Positions 48,001 through 60,370 of a stretch of DNA of 64,000 bases are shown here, piece after piece (position 1 is the stretch's first letter; each line of letters opens with the position of its first letter). Below the pieces are notes generated by a model, which saw only the letters and a program-made list of their open reading frames with translations, did no database searches and was not told where the DNA came from. Source of the DNA: Raillietiella orientalis (taxonomy: Eukaryota); assembly GCA_036172245.1 (NCBI GenBank), contig JAYWIR010000012.1, forward strand, positions 4,402,001 through 4,466,000, written 5' to 3'. A program made the position numbers and the translations under genes.

Positions 48001-50238
48001 ATCAGGATCATTCTGTCAATAAGGTAAGAAGTGATAATTGTTCTGTCATAAAATGGAATCCATAACAGACATCAGTGATATTAGTGACTCATCATATTAT
48101 TTCATGCCAGTATTTCTTTGTTACATGTTTGTTTGTTCTTTCTTTTTCTCTCAGATTCCTGTTGGTGGTGTAGCTGTTCTTCCTCCTATGGATCTCACTA
48201 AATCCCTGGCAGGTCATGCTGTTGATAAGGAACTGGTAAGGCATAAAGTGCTGAGCTCATTTGTGCTACAGCTTGCATGGCATCAAGATTTTGTAGCTAA
48301 TGCTAATATGCATGTTGCATGATTGTAGATATTTGGCACCCCTATGTCCAGCAGCTCTCCAAGAGCTGCCCGATCTGAAACTGTTGTCCCAGTTTCTGTT
48401 TCTCCTACAGATATCAGTAGTTCCTTACTGAAATCACACACTAAGGAGTACACGTATCAGGTACCAATAAGTGGTGATGCTCCAAGTATGGAGTCAAAAT
48501 CGGGCTCCTCACATGAGAAACACTCAGCACAGCCTTCCACAACTGGCACTGCTAGTACCTCTGCTGCAAATACTCAGACAGCTGTGGCCTTCAGCTATGT
48601 TCCGGGTTCTTTGTTAAATGCACAAAAACAAATGAATCGAGAAAGATTTACTGCTGCACCTTCAATAGAGAGTGCTCAGGAATTGAAACCCCAATCAGAT
48701 GTTGCAACATCAGAAAAAGATGCCTCTTTGCTTCCTGCAAGGAAACTCAAATCCAATGAAATACCTGGAGTCCCTCGATATCAGGACAATCAAGACAGTG
48801 AATCGAAGATTCCTCCCTCCCCTAACCAAGTATTGGTTTCTCCATCTGCTCCAAGCAACACAATACTTGAAAGACCCATGAATCAGAAAGTTGGCACTCC
48901 TACTGCAGTTAAAAATGAGAACTTGAAATTAGCGTTTCTGGCTGCTGGTTCACCTTCAACATCTTCCTCTAAACCAGTTGCACCAGCTCCCCTTTCAACA
49001 TTGGGAGATGATGCTCCGAAATCTTTTCTCCATAGCACTGTGATTGACAAAAAGTCAGGAGTGTTAAAGGAAGGTAGCATGGGATGTGCCAATGGCCAGT
49101 TCTCGAGTAGTGTGTCTGCCAAGCCTCGTTCTCCTTCCCTTGATACAGAAAGTGGTAGTAGTGATGTGGATGAATATGCAGAAAATGGCCAACCAGTGGA
49201 TCTAGAACTTCCTCCATGGAGAGGAAGCAAAAATTCTGAGATTATGAAATCCATCACAAGAGAGAGAGGGATTCACACAGATGACACTGTTCCTGCTAGT
49301 GCATCTGGATCACAAGGAGGTTTGCCTGTGCACCAGCCAGCTATCCAGACGGTATCCACTACATCTCATAAGGTTGGCATTTCGCTGCACCTGTTGCGAG
49401 TTTGGTGTATTTGAATTTCATTGTTGGGCCTGCTTGTGCTTTGTAAGTGGGTGGTTGGGGGTGGAGTAATTCTTAAAATCATGAGTGGGTGTAGCTGTGA
49501 TCTCTGCAAAAAGTACCACCATTATGGGCCTATCAGGAATGTCTCATTAGCCAAGCATTGTCGTAGGTGGAAGAGAAAACCTTTACTACTGCCACTATCA
49601 CAAGTAAGCAGCAGCCATCTGCATGTCCGGAAGAAGTAAGACAAGTCCCACAGGATGAAAGCATGGATAGAGTGGAGGCAAGTAATCATTGTGAGATTTG
49701 GATGTGACGTGTTGCATTTAGCCTGGCCATAGTCGCCACAGCAGCATCTCCAGCAATGATTCCGGCACTCCTGTGGATGTGGATGTTAGCCCGTTGAAGG
49801 TAGGTCTGCTGCCCGGAAAGAATCCGTTATTCATTTGCATCTCGACAGAGCAACCTTGTAGTTAAAACGGAGATGCGGAAATACGATCCGATGTGTGTGA
49901 CAGAAACAGAAAAGGTCTCCACGTTCAGCCCGCCAATTGTCGAGACCGAAAGCAGGAAGGTGATGGTGCAGAACGACAGTGGTTCAGCATTGATGGCCGG
50001 CGAGATTGTAACATCACAGACCATCACCAGTCAGACAAGAACGATTGAGACGGTCACCTATAAGACCGATCGCGATGGCCACGTTGAAAAACGAATGGAA
50101 CGAAAGATAACTGTGCAATCCGACGGTGACCCAGTCGATCACGACAAAGCATTAGCGGAAGCCATCCGCGAAGCCACCTGCATGGACCCCGACATGACGG
50201 TGGAGAAGATCGAAATTCAGCAGCAGACTCGACCCTGA
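45087..50238 (+). CDS. cora: Protein 4.1 / coracle orthologue (FERM, FERM-adjacent, long low-complexity middle, 4.1 C-terminal domain)
   Basis: Phase-consistent exon chain: 45087-45272, 45436-45586, 45905-45980, 46030-46074, 46121-46294, 46337-46489, 46531-46716, 46762-47074, 47146(or 47155)-47880, 47934-48023, 48155-48235, 48329-49372, 49567-49635(or 49677), 49722-49799, 49849-50238. Motifs [81 protein letters not shown] and [35 protein letters not shown]. Middle exons are less certain than the FERM and C-terminal exons. Confidence 0.95.
47422..47550 (+). repeat. Coding tandem repeat, 39 nt (13 aa) x about 3.3, in the coracle middle region
   Basis: [13 protein letters not shown] / [13 protein letters not shown] / [13 protein letters not shown] / EESP; units start at 47422, 47461, 47500 and 47539. 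Confidence 0.85.
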
Positions 50239-50404
50239 TGGCATCCTTTTTTTTTTTTATATATATAAAATACCAGATGCGTTTATTGTACATAATATGT
50301 TTTATGCTTGACTATATTTAGTTTGGATGCTGAGCATTGCGTATACATATTTTCGAATCGTATCCGTAACATCCATTGTATTAATTTTATTAGCTTAACA
50401 AGGT

Positions 50405-50410
50405 AATAAA
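50405..50410 (+). terminator. Candidate poly(A) signal of coracle
   Basis: AATAAA at the end of a ~170-nt AT-rich 3' UTR; GC-rich DNA begins about 20 nt later. Confidence 0.6.
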
Positions 50411-53400
50411 AGTTTACTATATCGAGTTGTCCCTGGGAGGATTCCCCCCGTCTTTCCGCACGAGCGCAGCGCTTGTTTCCGGCCGGCCACGTTCCGGCCA
50501 TCGTGTCCGTCAGCGATTTGCGAAACTGCCCGCCGGGCACTGCGTCGGCGCCGCGCAGGACCAGCGGATCGCGTGGTTGCCGAAGGAATGTGAAAGACGA
50601 TGCAAACCCATCCGAAGGAGGCGGGGCGGCTCGGTTATCTCTGTGGCTTTGCGACGCGTACTGCGCGTTCAAGCCGACTCCCGTTGCCCTGGCGGGGGAC
50701 AGAACAGAAAAAAGAATAAAATCGAAGAAGAAGGAAAAAAACGAAAGGCACACAGTGTAGCATGGCTGTGCAGTTTTGAGCAGCCTCTGACGAGTAGTCG
50801 GCAAAGCGAGTGTGCCCGTAGGAAGTGCGGAGGTCGCTGGCACCGGCAGTCGACATTCAACTTTGACCGTCGTTCGGGCTACTCCGGGATTTTATCTGCG
50901 GAAAGCGAAATCCGAACGCCTTTCTGTTTGCGTCAGACGAGAGTCGTGAAGTGCGAGGACCGTCTGCGGGAGGTGTGGCTCGTGCTCGACGTGGGGTGCC
51001 ACCTCGGTGAACGCGCCCCGCGGACATCTGCCGCGTGCGCGTCGGCCTTTTTCGGGTCGCCGCCGTTCGCATGTCGGGCGTGCAGCGCGATCCATTCCAA
51101 TAAACAGATAAATAAGAGTTTCGTGAGAGAAAGGAGTCCCGACTTCCGCCGGTGTGATTTCTCAAGGGGGGGGGGGAGTCGAGACGGGAAGGAGCTGTAT
51201 GCGGGAGGGGAGGTGGAGGAGGACGCGGGTGCGCTGGCTCCTGGCGCCCGGAGGCTGCTGGCAAGAGGAGGAGGATCGCCGCGCGGATGCCTTTTTCTGG
51301 CCTCTGCACGAAACGCGATGCGCGCTCAAAGTTTGGTGTTTTTCCCGGCTCGCCACAATTGGTGGATATGAGTAGGGAAGCTGTGTAGATTCTGGCTTTC
51401 CCCAGTTGCGTAGATGCGGTCGCTACGTGTGTGTGTGTGTTTTAAAGATCTGGCGGATGTTCTTCCTGTTCTTCAAGCGTTGCGCATGCGCGCAGCACCG
51501 ATGGTTCCGCCTGTGCCAGGGCAAGCGCTGGTCAACACAAAGAGAATGAGGCGACGTGAAACACGCAGCACGCAACACGCACGTGCTGAAAACTACACGA
51601 GCGGGCAGCGGCTTCGCGCGCACGCATGGAGTCAACGGCCGGCCGTCTTGCGGTTGCGCGGGACCGGCAGCTCGTGCAGAACCAGCGTTCTGGGTGCTCC
51701 AGCACCGCGTCCCCCCGTGACCATTGGTTCGCCTGGAACCGTCTGGCACGGGGACGGAGGCTCCGCATCGGCGGCGCCTTCGGCCGGTCCGGGGACTGAC
51801 CAGGCGCGAGAGAAGAGCGGCGGTAAAATGGCGCCGATTCTTCCCTCCCCTCGCGCGCAACTTGCACCAACGCCACATGGCTCCTTCCGTGAAGAGAGAA
51901 AGGGGAGGGAGGGGGGATGTCGCAAGGGCCAAGCTCCCTCGAGGCACACGGCGGCCCCGCGACGAGGTCACTGGAGGTCACCATGCACCTGCGGATCACG
52001 AGAGACGGAGGCAGCCCTCGGCGTTCCTTCCCTCAGTCCGGTCGCGGGCGAGGGCCAGACCCGCGAGGTGGCCCGAGGGGATTCGAGTGGAGACGGGGAG
52101 GATCCCACCCCCGACTTCCCCTGCAGTTGAGGGTGGGGCGGAAGGGGAGCCCTTCAGGACGCCGCCAAACTCCCGTGGAATGACGGGACCCGCTGCTCGC
52201 AGGCAGAGGGACTCTCCGCCCCCCTCCCAACCTCGCTCCCCTTCCCCCTGCGCGGAGCTCTCCCAGGGCGCTGCCAGCTGGGGGGATCGAAAAGGGGAGG
52301 GGAGGAGGTGCTTCGCGTGCGGGGAGAATTCTGGGCTCGTTCGACCCAGCTCTGGGGAACGGCAGGACCGCGCACGACTGGTGCCCCCGGACCCAGCTGT
52401 TCCTTTTCGCCTCGAGGGAGCAGAGAGGCCTCTTTGGGCGCGAGCCGGGCCTCCTCGACGGCCGTCCCTCCCCTACCATTCGAGGAAGAGGGGACCCAGC
52501 CCGTTCCCCCTCACGTCTCTGCCGTCCCGCCTCAGGGCGCGGCTTGAGATGGCGGCGCCTCGACAGCCACAGCGACGGAACCCACAAGCTGGGCGGCGAA
52601 TCACCCCTCCCCTTTCCTTCCTTCCGCTGAGCCCGTCCTGAGGTCACCACCAGGACGGTGGGAGAGAGCAGAGCCAGGATCCCCTGAGGAGTTACGCGGG
52701 CGTCCAGCCTCACTTGTTCTCTTTTGGAACGAGACGGCCCCCCTCCGAAGGGGAGGGGGGCTGGGAGACGGACGCGTTCCATGCGGGCCGAGTACCCCAG
52801 CTCGAATAACAGGGAAAGGGAAGAGGAAGTGGGAGAAGCTGAGGAGAGGGAGGGGGGAATGGACCTTTCGAGAGGGAAGAGACTCCAGGAAGAGGGGAAG
52901 GGCAGGAAAAGTCGCCGATCTTCACCCTGGAGCACCACTAGGTCCCGGGGTCGACTTCCGCGAGAGACTCGCTGCCAACCTCCGCTTCCCATCACTTTAG
53001 GGTGGCTCTCCTGGTCCGCTCCACCATTCCGCCGTGTTGTTCGATGGCGCCGCCGCGCGGTGTAGCGCTTTTGAATGTGGCGCGGTTCCGTCCCCCGTCT
53101 TTCTCATCTGCTCGTGCGGTCGACTCGTTCCCTGGTGCGGCGACCCCCGTGCGGACAGGAGGCTTGGTCGGGCCGCATGCGGCGCCCGGCCGAGTCCCGA
53201 GAGCACCGCGGCGCTGTCCACTGCGCAGCAACTGCCCTGAGGCACGGTGTTGCTGCCCCACGCGGGTTCCGGTCCTCCCTCGGTGCTTTGAATTCGGAGA
53301 TTTCCGTGCTTTGGACCGGACCAGAGGTGATCTCTCGTCCCCCCCTTACCCATGTGGACGAATGTCGGCGGTGGGATGTCAGCCTCGGCGCCGTGCGTGG

Positions 53401-53629
53401 GAAGATCTACTGCCCTCGGGCCCCGGCCATGTCTCCTGTTGGCCCGAATTCTTTTGACGCCACTGCTGGGATTTCCCGTGTTCCCTCCGTCGGTCCGGAG
53501 GGCAGCTTCCGTGGGTCTTCTTATCTTGGTGGTGCTTGCAGCTGCTTCTTGGCTACTGACAGCGGAGCCATGCGCGGCGATCCAAGCACCGATGGATCCC
53601 GGTTGGGTGAGTTCGGGTGGGACGGGACC

Positions 53630-54200
53630 AGCGAGGTTACATTAAGGCGAGGTGAGCTCAAGGCTATGTAGCTGAGGTTAGATGAGATGACGTTTGCTTA
53701 TGCAGTTTAGGTTGGGTTAGGTCAGGTAGGCGAGGTCATGTAGGTTTACGCAGGTGAGGTCAAATAGATTCGCTTATGTAGTTTAGGCTCGGTCAGGTTG
53801 GATAGGTTTGGCTATGTAAATCATGTAGGTTAGGTTACACAGGGAGGCGAGGTGAGGACAGTTTGGTTAGGTGAGGTCAGAAGTTAGGCAGGTGAGGTGA
53901 AGTGAGATCAGGTCAGGGTAAGTTAGATTATATAGATTTGATTGGTTGGTTTCGTTTGGTTGGGTGGGTAGTTTGTGTAGGTCAGGTCAGGTTAGGTTAA
54001 TCCTACGTAAATGTAGGTGAGGTTGCTTTGTGTAGGTTAGGTGGGTTAGTTGAGGTTACGTAGAATGGGTTAGGTGAGGTCACGATAGGATAGGTGAGGT
54101 TAGTTTGTGTGGGTCAGAGGTCACGCAGGTGAGATCAAGTGAGGTGGGGTTGGATGGTTGGTTTGGGTGAGGTGCAGTTGGATTGTGTAGGTGAGGTGGG
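53630..54200 (+). repeat. Degenerate telomere-like pentamer tract (TTAGG/TGAGG/TCAGG/GTAGG)
   Basis: About 570 nt of G/T-rich, C-poor text such as ttaggttgggttaggtcaggtagg, gtaggttaggttac and ggtcaggtcaggttaggtta. Confidence 0.8.
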
Positions 54201-55739
54201 GGGGGGGGGGTCGCCCGAATGGGGAGTTGCGGATTTGGTGGGTGGGAGGGCGCGGCTGCTGGAAGGGAGAGGTGACATGGAGGCGCACGCGAGTCGGCGG
54301 CCTGTCGGCGCTCTCAGCCTCGCCACCATATCGGGCGGTGCGGGCGGCTCACCGTGGAGGAATCGGTGCGTTTTCGCGCGTCGCGAAAGCTTCTTCGCGC
54401 GTGCGGTTGATCCTGAGAGCGGACGGGGGAGGGGGGGCGTCGGGGCCGGTAGCTCCTCTCGGGGGGTGGAAAGGAGAAGGCGGTGCCGGGCTCCTACGGG
54501 AAACCGGAACTTCCGGATGCTCAGGCGCACGCGGCGGTCTCAGTGCGCGAGGAGGAGGAGGAGGGGGGAGGAGCAGCCCCGAGGCGCCGGACGGAGGGGG
54601 AAAGGCGAGACACTGGGCGCCAGGGCGGATGCCCGCCCGACACCACCGCCGTTTCCTTTCCCTCCTCTCCTGACTCGCGATTGCGGTCCGGGTGGAAGGT
54701 CACCGGGTCAAGGGGTGTGGCTCACGCGAATGGCACGCAGAGAGGCTCTCCTGCGAGATCGACAGGAAGGTCCTCCCCCCCTTCTCTCGCGGACGCGCAG
54801 GGTCCAGAGGAAACCGCCTGCTCCCCGAAGGACAGGTCTCGGAGTCCCGGTGGCGCGCGTCCTCCGCAGGGCGCGTCTTGGGACGTCGGTCCCTTGGGGA
54901 GCCAACGAGAGGGGTGCGTCTGAGGCCCTGGTCCGCCCCCTCCTCCGATCCGGGAAGGCGCCTACCTGGACCGACGCACTCCAGCCCGAGGGTCCGTGTT
55001 CGCCGCACCCGGCCTTCTTGCGACGGTGCACGTCAGCGGACCAACATGGCGCGAGACCTCCGGTGGGGAAGGATGGGTGCGGGGACTCGGGGGAGCAGGG
55101 AACCCCGGTGGTTTCCAGCGTCCGGGATCGTTTCGAAGCCCCGATCCGACCTGGTGCCCCAGGGCGGGGAGTCATCCTTCTCGAGAAGGCCGCGCCTGAC
55201 CCCTTCCAGCGCGCAGGGACGCGGACCTCCGGAGAGGACTGTCCACCCCCATCTCCTCCCTTTGCTCCAAGGGGTAGAGACGTCGCCTTGAGGTCCCGGA
55301 GCCCCCGAGGCGCACTCGGGGAGCGCCGCTCGCTGCGCGCACCGTCCCGTGGACCAAGTAGAGGGGGCGGCCTTGCTCCCGCCGCTAAATCGGAGGGAGC
55401 CGACAGGCGCGTCGAGACGGGTCACCTCCCGTCATGGGGGGTCAGGGCCGGGGGAAGGAAGGGCGTTGTCGTGCCCCGGGCCCATACGCCTTCCCTGAGG
55501 ACGGGGCGGAGGTCCCCCCTGCCGTTGCCGAGAGCGCGAAACACGGGCAGCTGGCTCAAGGGCCCGTCCTGTGCCTGTCGTCAAGCCATCCCAGCAGACC
55601 CCTTCACAGGGACTTCCCGCGCGGCCGATTCCGCTCCCCTCCGACGACGGAGTATGCTCTTTCCCGAACCCGTTCCATATACGGAGTGCACCTTCTACCG
55701 GATTCCTCCGAAATGGAGGGGAGTGATGCGCGGCGGCAG

Positions 55740-56430
55740 CCCTCCTCTGCTTCGGAAAAACTCCCCCAGAAGGGGCTTCCCTTCGGCTCCCCCTTCTGCT
55801 CAGCAACCGGAGGGGGACCCCGATGGGCTATCTGACTCTCAGAAGGACCCTGGAAGGTCGACTTCCAGCCTCAGCCAGTCCACGGAGACATCCGGCTGTT
55901 CCACCGGCGGTGCATCCGAATAGGCCAGCCAGCCTCATCTTGCGGGAGGAACTCGAAACCCATTCTCTCCGAAGGCGCCCATCTGAGGGGACCACTCTTC
56001 ATTTCTTTTCGAAGGGAACGCGGAAAGGATCCACTTCCTGTTTCCTACTCTGAAGGAAACCGCTAAGGGACGCTTCCCAATTTCCTGGGGGGATGGCTCC
56101 CGACGGTAGCAGCAGCCCACTTTCTGACTCTAAAGAGGCAACCCTCGAGGTGCAATCCTCAACACCGCCGACGGCTCCCTTTTCACAACAAAAGTGGAAC
56201 CCTGAAGGGAACCGTCGTCTTGACTCCAGGAAGGACCTTGGAGGGTTCCCTTTCCACGGGGGCATCCTGCTCCCACCGGTTCCGCACCCGAATATGCCAG
56301 CCAGCATCATCCCTCGGGGGGAGACACGACACCTACGACGCCATTCTCGGCGTCGCTCCTTCCTCCACGGGTGGGATTTGAACCCGCGACGCTTGGTGCC
56401 ACGCACGAAGGCTGCAGCCGCTTCACGCAC
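55740..56430 (-). mobile_element. Second copy of the candidate tRNA-headed dispersed repeat, with an internal duplication
   Basis: Minus-strand B box GGTTCAAATCC at 56374-56384 and blocks shared with 24.6-25.1 kb. The segment gaaggacc(c/t)tgga..catcc..ccaccgg..gca(t/c)ccgaata(g/t)gccagccagc(c/a)tcatc occurs twice (~55842-55940 and ~56230-56312). Confidence 0.55.
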
Positions 56431-57199
56431 CTCCGCGCGGCAGCGCCGGGTAGTGACGGCCATTCGTTTCATCCCGTCCGCGGTGCGGAGGGCAGCCAAG
56501 GTGGCGTCACATCCGCTCCGGCATCGAGGAAGGTGACGCTCCGGATTGGCGGGAGGCCATGAGAAAGACCCTCATTCGCCCCCATAGACCGTGCTCCCCG
56601 GGACTCGAACGCTTGCCTCCCCTCGCCGCGTGTAGGTTCATTTATTATTCCTCCGCTCCGCTGTCCCGCTCGGCGTGCCTCCTTGTTCATCCAACCGCCT
56701 GCCCCCGAATCGCACCTCCCGTGAGCCTATAGGGAACGGACTCGCTCCCAACCCTGTCTGCACAGCTAGCGGGCCTCGATGCATCCCGATGAGCATCCGC
56801 GTCGTGCATCCCCCACCATCCGGTGCAAGGCTCCCTGTTGCCGCGGGCGACCGGCACTCGAAATACTCGTCCATGACGTCACTTGCAGGGAGCGTCCCCC
56901 AGGCACGTCAGTATGCGTTCGTGCTCGATTGGGACATGAAGTCCCGGTGTGATCAGGCCAAAGCAAACAAACCGTTCGCGGAGGGGGGGGGGTCCCTCCC
57001 ACGCCCACAGGCATCAGGTGCGGAGTCCTCGCCCGTCTTATACGTCGCACCCGTTATCGCGCTCGCGCGGAATTTTCCTTCAGCCGTTCTCTCATTGAGG
57101 CGCTCTTGTCAGACGCCCGAGTGCGCCTTCCGGGTCTCCTCTGCGCAGCGTCATCTCGGCAAACAGCGCCAAAGGCAAAAAAACAACAGCAGCAGCTCT

Positions 57200-57620
57200 G
57201 CTTCTTCCCCCTCATTTTTTTTTGCCTCCTTCTTTTGGGGACAGTTTCTGCAAGCGCGATTCTTTGATTCCTTAATTGCTGTCGGCCTCCGTTTCCAGGA
57301 CACCCGCGATGTCAACGGAGCGGAAAACTCCGTAATGGCTTAACCCTAATGACTTTCCCCGGTCTTTTTCCCCCCAGCCTTTTCCGGCTCCAGTCTTCTG
57401 GATGCCCGTCGCACGCAGCCGGAACAGGACGCAGGGAACTTCCGCGATGCTGCGAAGACTTCCATTTTGTCGCTTTGAACAGGAAGCGACCAATCCTTCG
57501 GCTCCCCTGAGGCGTTGCTTAGCCGCATGTCTGGAGCGATTAGGCTTGGCAAAATTTCCATGGTTTCGGATGAACGGTTGATTGAACGGCGCGTGACCTG
57601 GTTGACTGGAGCTCCACGAG
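57200..57620 (-). mobile_element. Weak non-LTR RT N-terminal fragment
   Basis: ORF 57272-57955(-) reads PFNQPF..LRGAEGLVA (cf. lNqPFt..pGpDGl.a), RATGI..RGKSLGLSHYGVF..IAGVLE (cf. etGi..kGk...snYrpi...agkiLE). Confidence 0.3.
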
Positions 57621-60370
57621 CTTTTCGCTACTCCTAAAGGTCGCGAGGAAAAAGACCACTGAATGCAGCCAGTCACCGTCCGCTTGTGGATTCTGCGGAT
57701 CTTCCCCGGTGCTCTCGGGAGATCAAGTCTCCCAGTCCGGTCGTAAGCAGAAGGCGCTCCCTCCAGGTGACACCACGGACGAGCGTTTCGATTGCCGGTC
57801 ACCCCACGGTAACTTGGAGCCACGGAAGCCTCGCGTTGCGGCCAAGAGATGTCTCTGCAAGGTGGGCATGCGCTACGCAGGTGCGCATCGGATCGCTCAG
57901 ACTCGCACCCAATGCGACAGGGTTGCCGATCCGCCCAGAGGCTTGCGAGTATCATCGCTCTTTCGACGCCGCGCCAGTTCGAATCGTCCGACAGAGACTT
58001 CTAGCGCAGCCTGGACCAAATCTTTCATCCTCGTCGCCGCCAGAATCGCCCGCGCACTCCCTGTCTCCAGGAGTCTCAAAACACCTGCCGAGCCTGGAAA
58101 CAGAAGGGTCCGAAGACACACGAATCACGAATTCGGCCCAGGGACCGAGTGATGAAAGTTTCAGCAAATTCTTTCCATATTCTTCAAGTATCCGCCCTTC
58201 GGAGAACACGCAAGCGGTGAACACCTTCCGCATAAAAATGGAATTCATATTTTGCAGGTGGCAACCATAATTTCACCAAAAGAGCACGCGGTCTGCGTGT
58301 ATTCCGCTCCCCCCCCCCCTCTTTATCCTTTTTGCAAAATAGGATGACACCAGTTGAGACTGTGGGAGGATTTTGCGGCACGAGATGAAGCCGGAGCACT
58401 TTGGAACCTGCTGAGCTACCAGGCAAGAAACGCAAAAGGAGAGTGGAGGGGTCTCCTGCTGAACGAAGGTTCCAGCGACGGCCAGATCGAGCCGCCCTGG
58501 TACGGAGGCTGTTGCGTGCCGCAGACGCTTCCTTTGGGGTGCATTCATGTAGTTCCCGAAATTGCGGACTCAGAAGAACGTTCGTCCTCGCTCCTCCCGC
58601 GAATCCGGCAAAGGGAGCAGGCACTCAGGAACAGGAGGTTCGTCCAACTGCAGCCCAAGATTGGGAAATGGTAGCTCAAGGACTGCTGCCTGCAATCCAT
58701 ATTTTACGAGCGTTTTTTTTTTTTTTTTTGGTTCTCGAAGGAAAGTTCTTCCTTCCGTAGGCGCGCCGCGAGACCACTTTTCGCTCCCGCGTCTTCCGCT
58801 GGGCGTCGCCGCATGGTCACTCCGTTCGAGGTCGGGGGCAAGAGTGAACCGGGAAAGGACCGGTCTCGGCGGAGTTGGCGCACGTGCGACGGGAATGCGG
58901 TCCCGTTCACGGGGAAGGGGGGCAGAGTCGACCGCCCCTCGAGAGTTCGCACCGCGAAGGTGAATCCGAGGGATACCCGACTCTCCCGTCGAGCGCCCCA
59001 CCGCGCGGCTACGCCATGCCTACCGGCCTTCGCCGCGCCCCTCCGCAGTCTCGAAGAGAAAGTGCAGGGAAAGGAAGGTCTCCTCCCTATTTCCGGAACA
59101 GGGAAGCGGCGGACCGCTTCCCTGTTCCCTTCTCCTTCCTCCGAGCATGCACGCAGGGATTACGCGGATCGTCTGGGATGGGTCGGCCTTCCTTGTCGTC
59201 TCCACGGCCCGCATTCCCTGTGCGGTCACCGCGGGTCAGCCGCCGCCGCCTTCGTCGCGGGCCGCTCCACGTCGCGGAGACGGGGGACAACCTCATCACG
59301 AAGAAGGTGGTCTCCGGCTAAGCCGCTTCCGCCCGGTCGCCCCGGGGCAGTCACTTGAAAACAGACAGACAGACGGGAGCTCCCAAATAGAACGAAGGCG
59401 AAGCGGAGAAGTTCGTGGGGAGGTCGACGGGTTGCCGACAGGCTTCGTGTCTCTTTCACACAATCCTATCTTCCCCATCGGCCCAATAGGTGTTGTTGTT
59501 CGGTTATCCAGACCGATATTACGGAATCAATCTCTTCCCAATCATGTAGAGCAATTTATCTAAACGGGTGCTCAATCTGCATATGTATTTTTACGTCATA
59601 TAATCTGCACACGTATTCCTGCATGCGTACATTTCTTCGTATACTGCAGCAAAAGTCAGAATTAGCGGCTGTCTCCAAACCTGAATCGACATCACGTACA
59701 CCTTTGATCTGCTCAATACTGGTACACTCAGGCAGTCAGACCAAGGAGAAAAAACTTCAATGAGTGAATTCACTGCTTCCTCGACAAGGCATAAAATAAA
59801 ATGCTGTGCGATAAAACTTCTTGGATAAATTTATTCGAATCTTATGATCAGATAACACCATAACGGGAATAATAAATAAGGTAACGGTGTGGACAATTCA
59901 CAACAGTGCAACGCTAGGTATATGGGCTATGGGTAGCAGCATTCAAGTTGTACCCGGATTAATGTACAACACAACAAATGAGGGAAATTTCATAAACACT
60001 CAATAACACAAACGGTAATGCCAGCTGTGAATCTCAAGCATCTGATGAAATGCACTCTGAGAGGAATTTATGTACGACTTTCATTACCACCTTCACTTTC
60101 AAATGCATTAGTTAGAACAATTTAATTCATAGGGATAACATTCGGAACCACTTCCTTTTCAAACAAGAACCCACAACTCGGCACATCAAATATTCATTAG
60201 TATCTCTTCAATTACTGAAAATCATTGATTACTGAAATGAAAAACTACCATGCCATTCACCAGATTTTTCATTTTTACCACAAGAACTGGAAATGGGAAG
60301 CATACTGTATAAAAAAGATCACTTGGACTATTCCTCGTTTCCTTCTAGATAGAGAGAATGGTTCTCGTTG

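Noticed and set aside
51480..52560. CpG-island-type promoter (NRF1-like tgcgcatgcgcgca at 51481, YY1-like aaaatggcg at 51825)
   Set aside because: Such words are expected in CpG-rich DNA (the same NRF1-like word occurs at 425), and no downstream gene was found.
54139..55923. 594-aa ORF, and the many other 200-370 aa ORFs in the GC-rich blocks
   Set aside because: Arg/Gly/Pro/Ala-rich, overlapping in several frames on both strands, and with no intact domain. They are expected from stop-codon scarcity at high GC; several are explained as LINE fossils.
56370..56450. Functional tRNA gene at the B-box sites (also 25.08 and 35.6 kb)
   Set aside because: No acceptor, D or anticodon stems could be paired; treated as SINE-like heads.
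59591..59773. 60-aa ORF downstream of the Tudor gene as an extra exon or gene
   Set aside because: No recognisable domain or convincing splice sites, and the Tudor ORF already ends at 60371.
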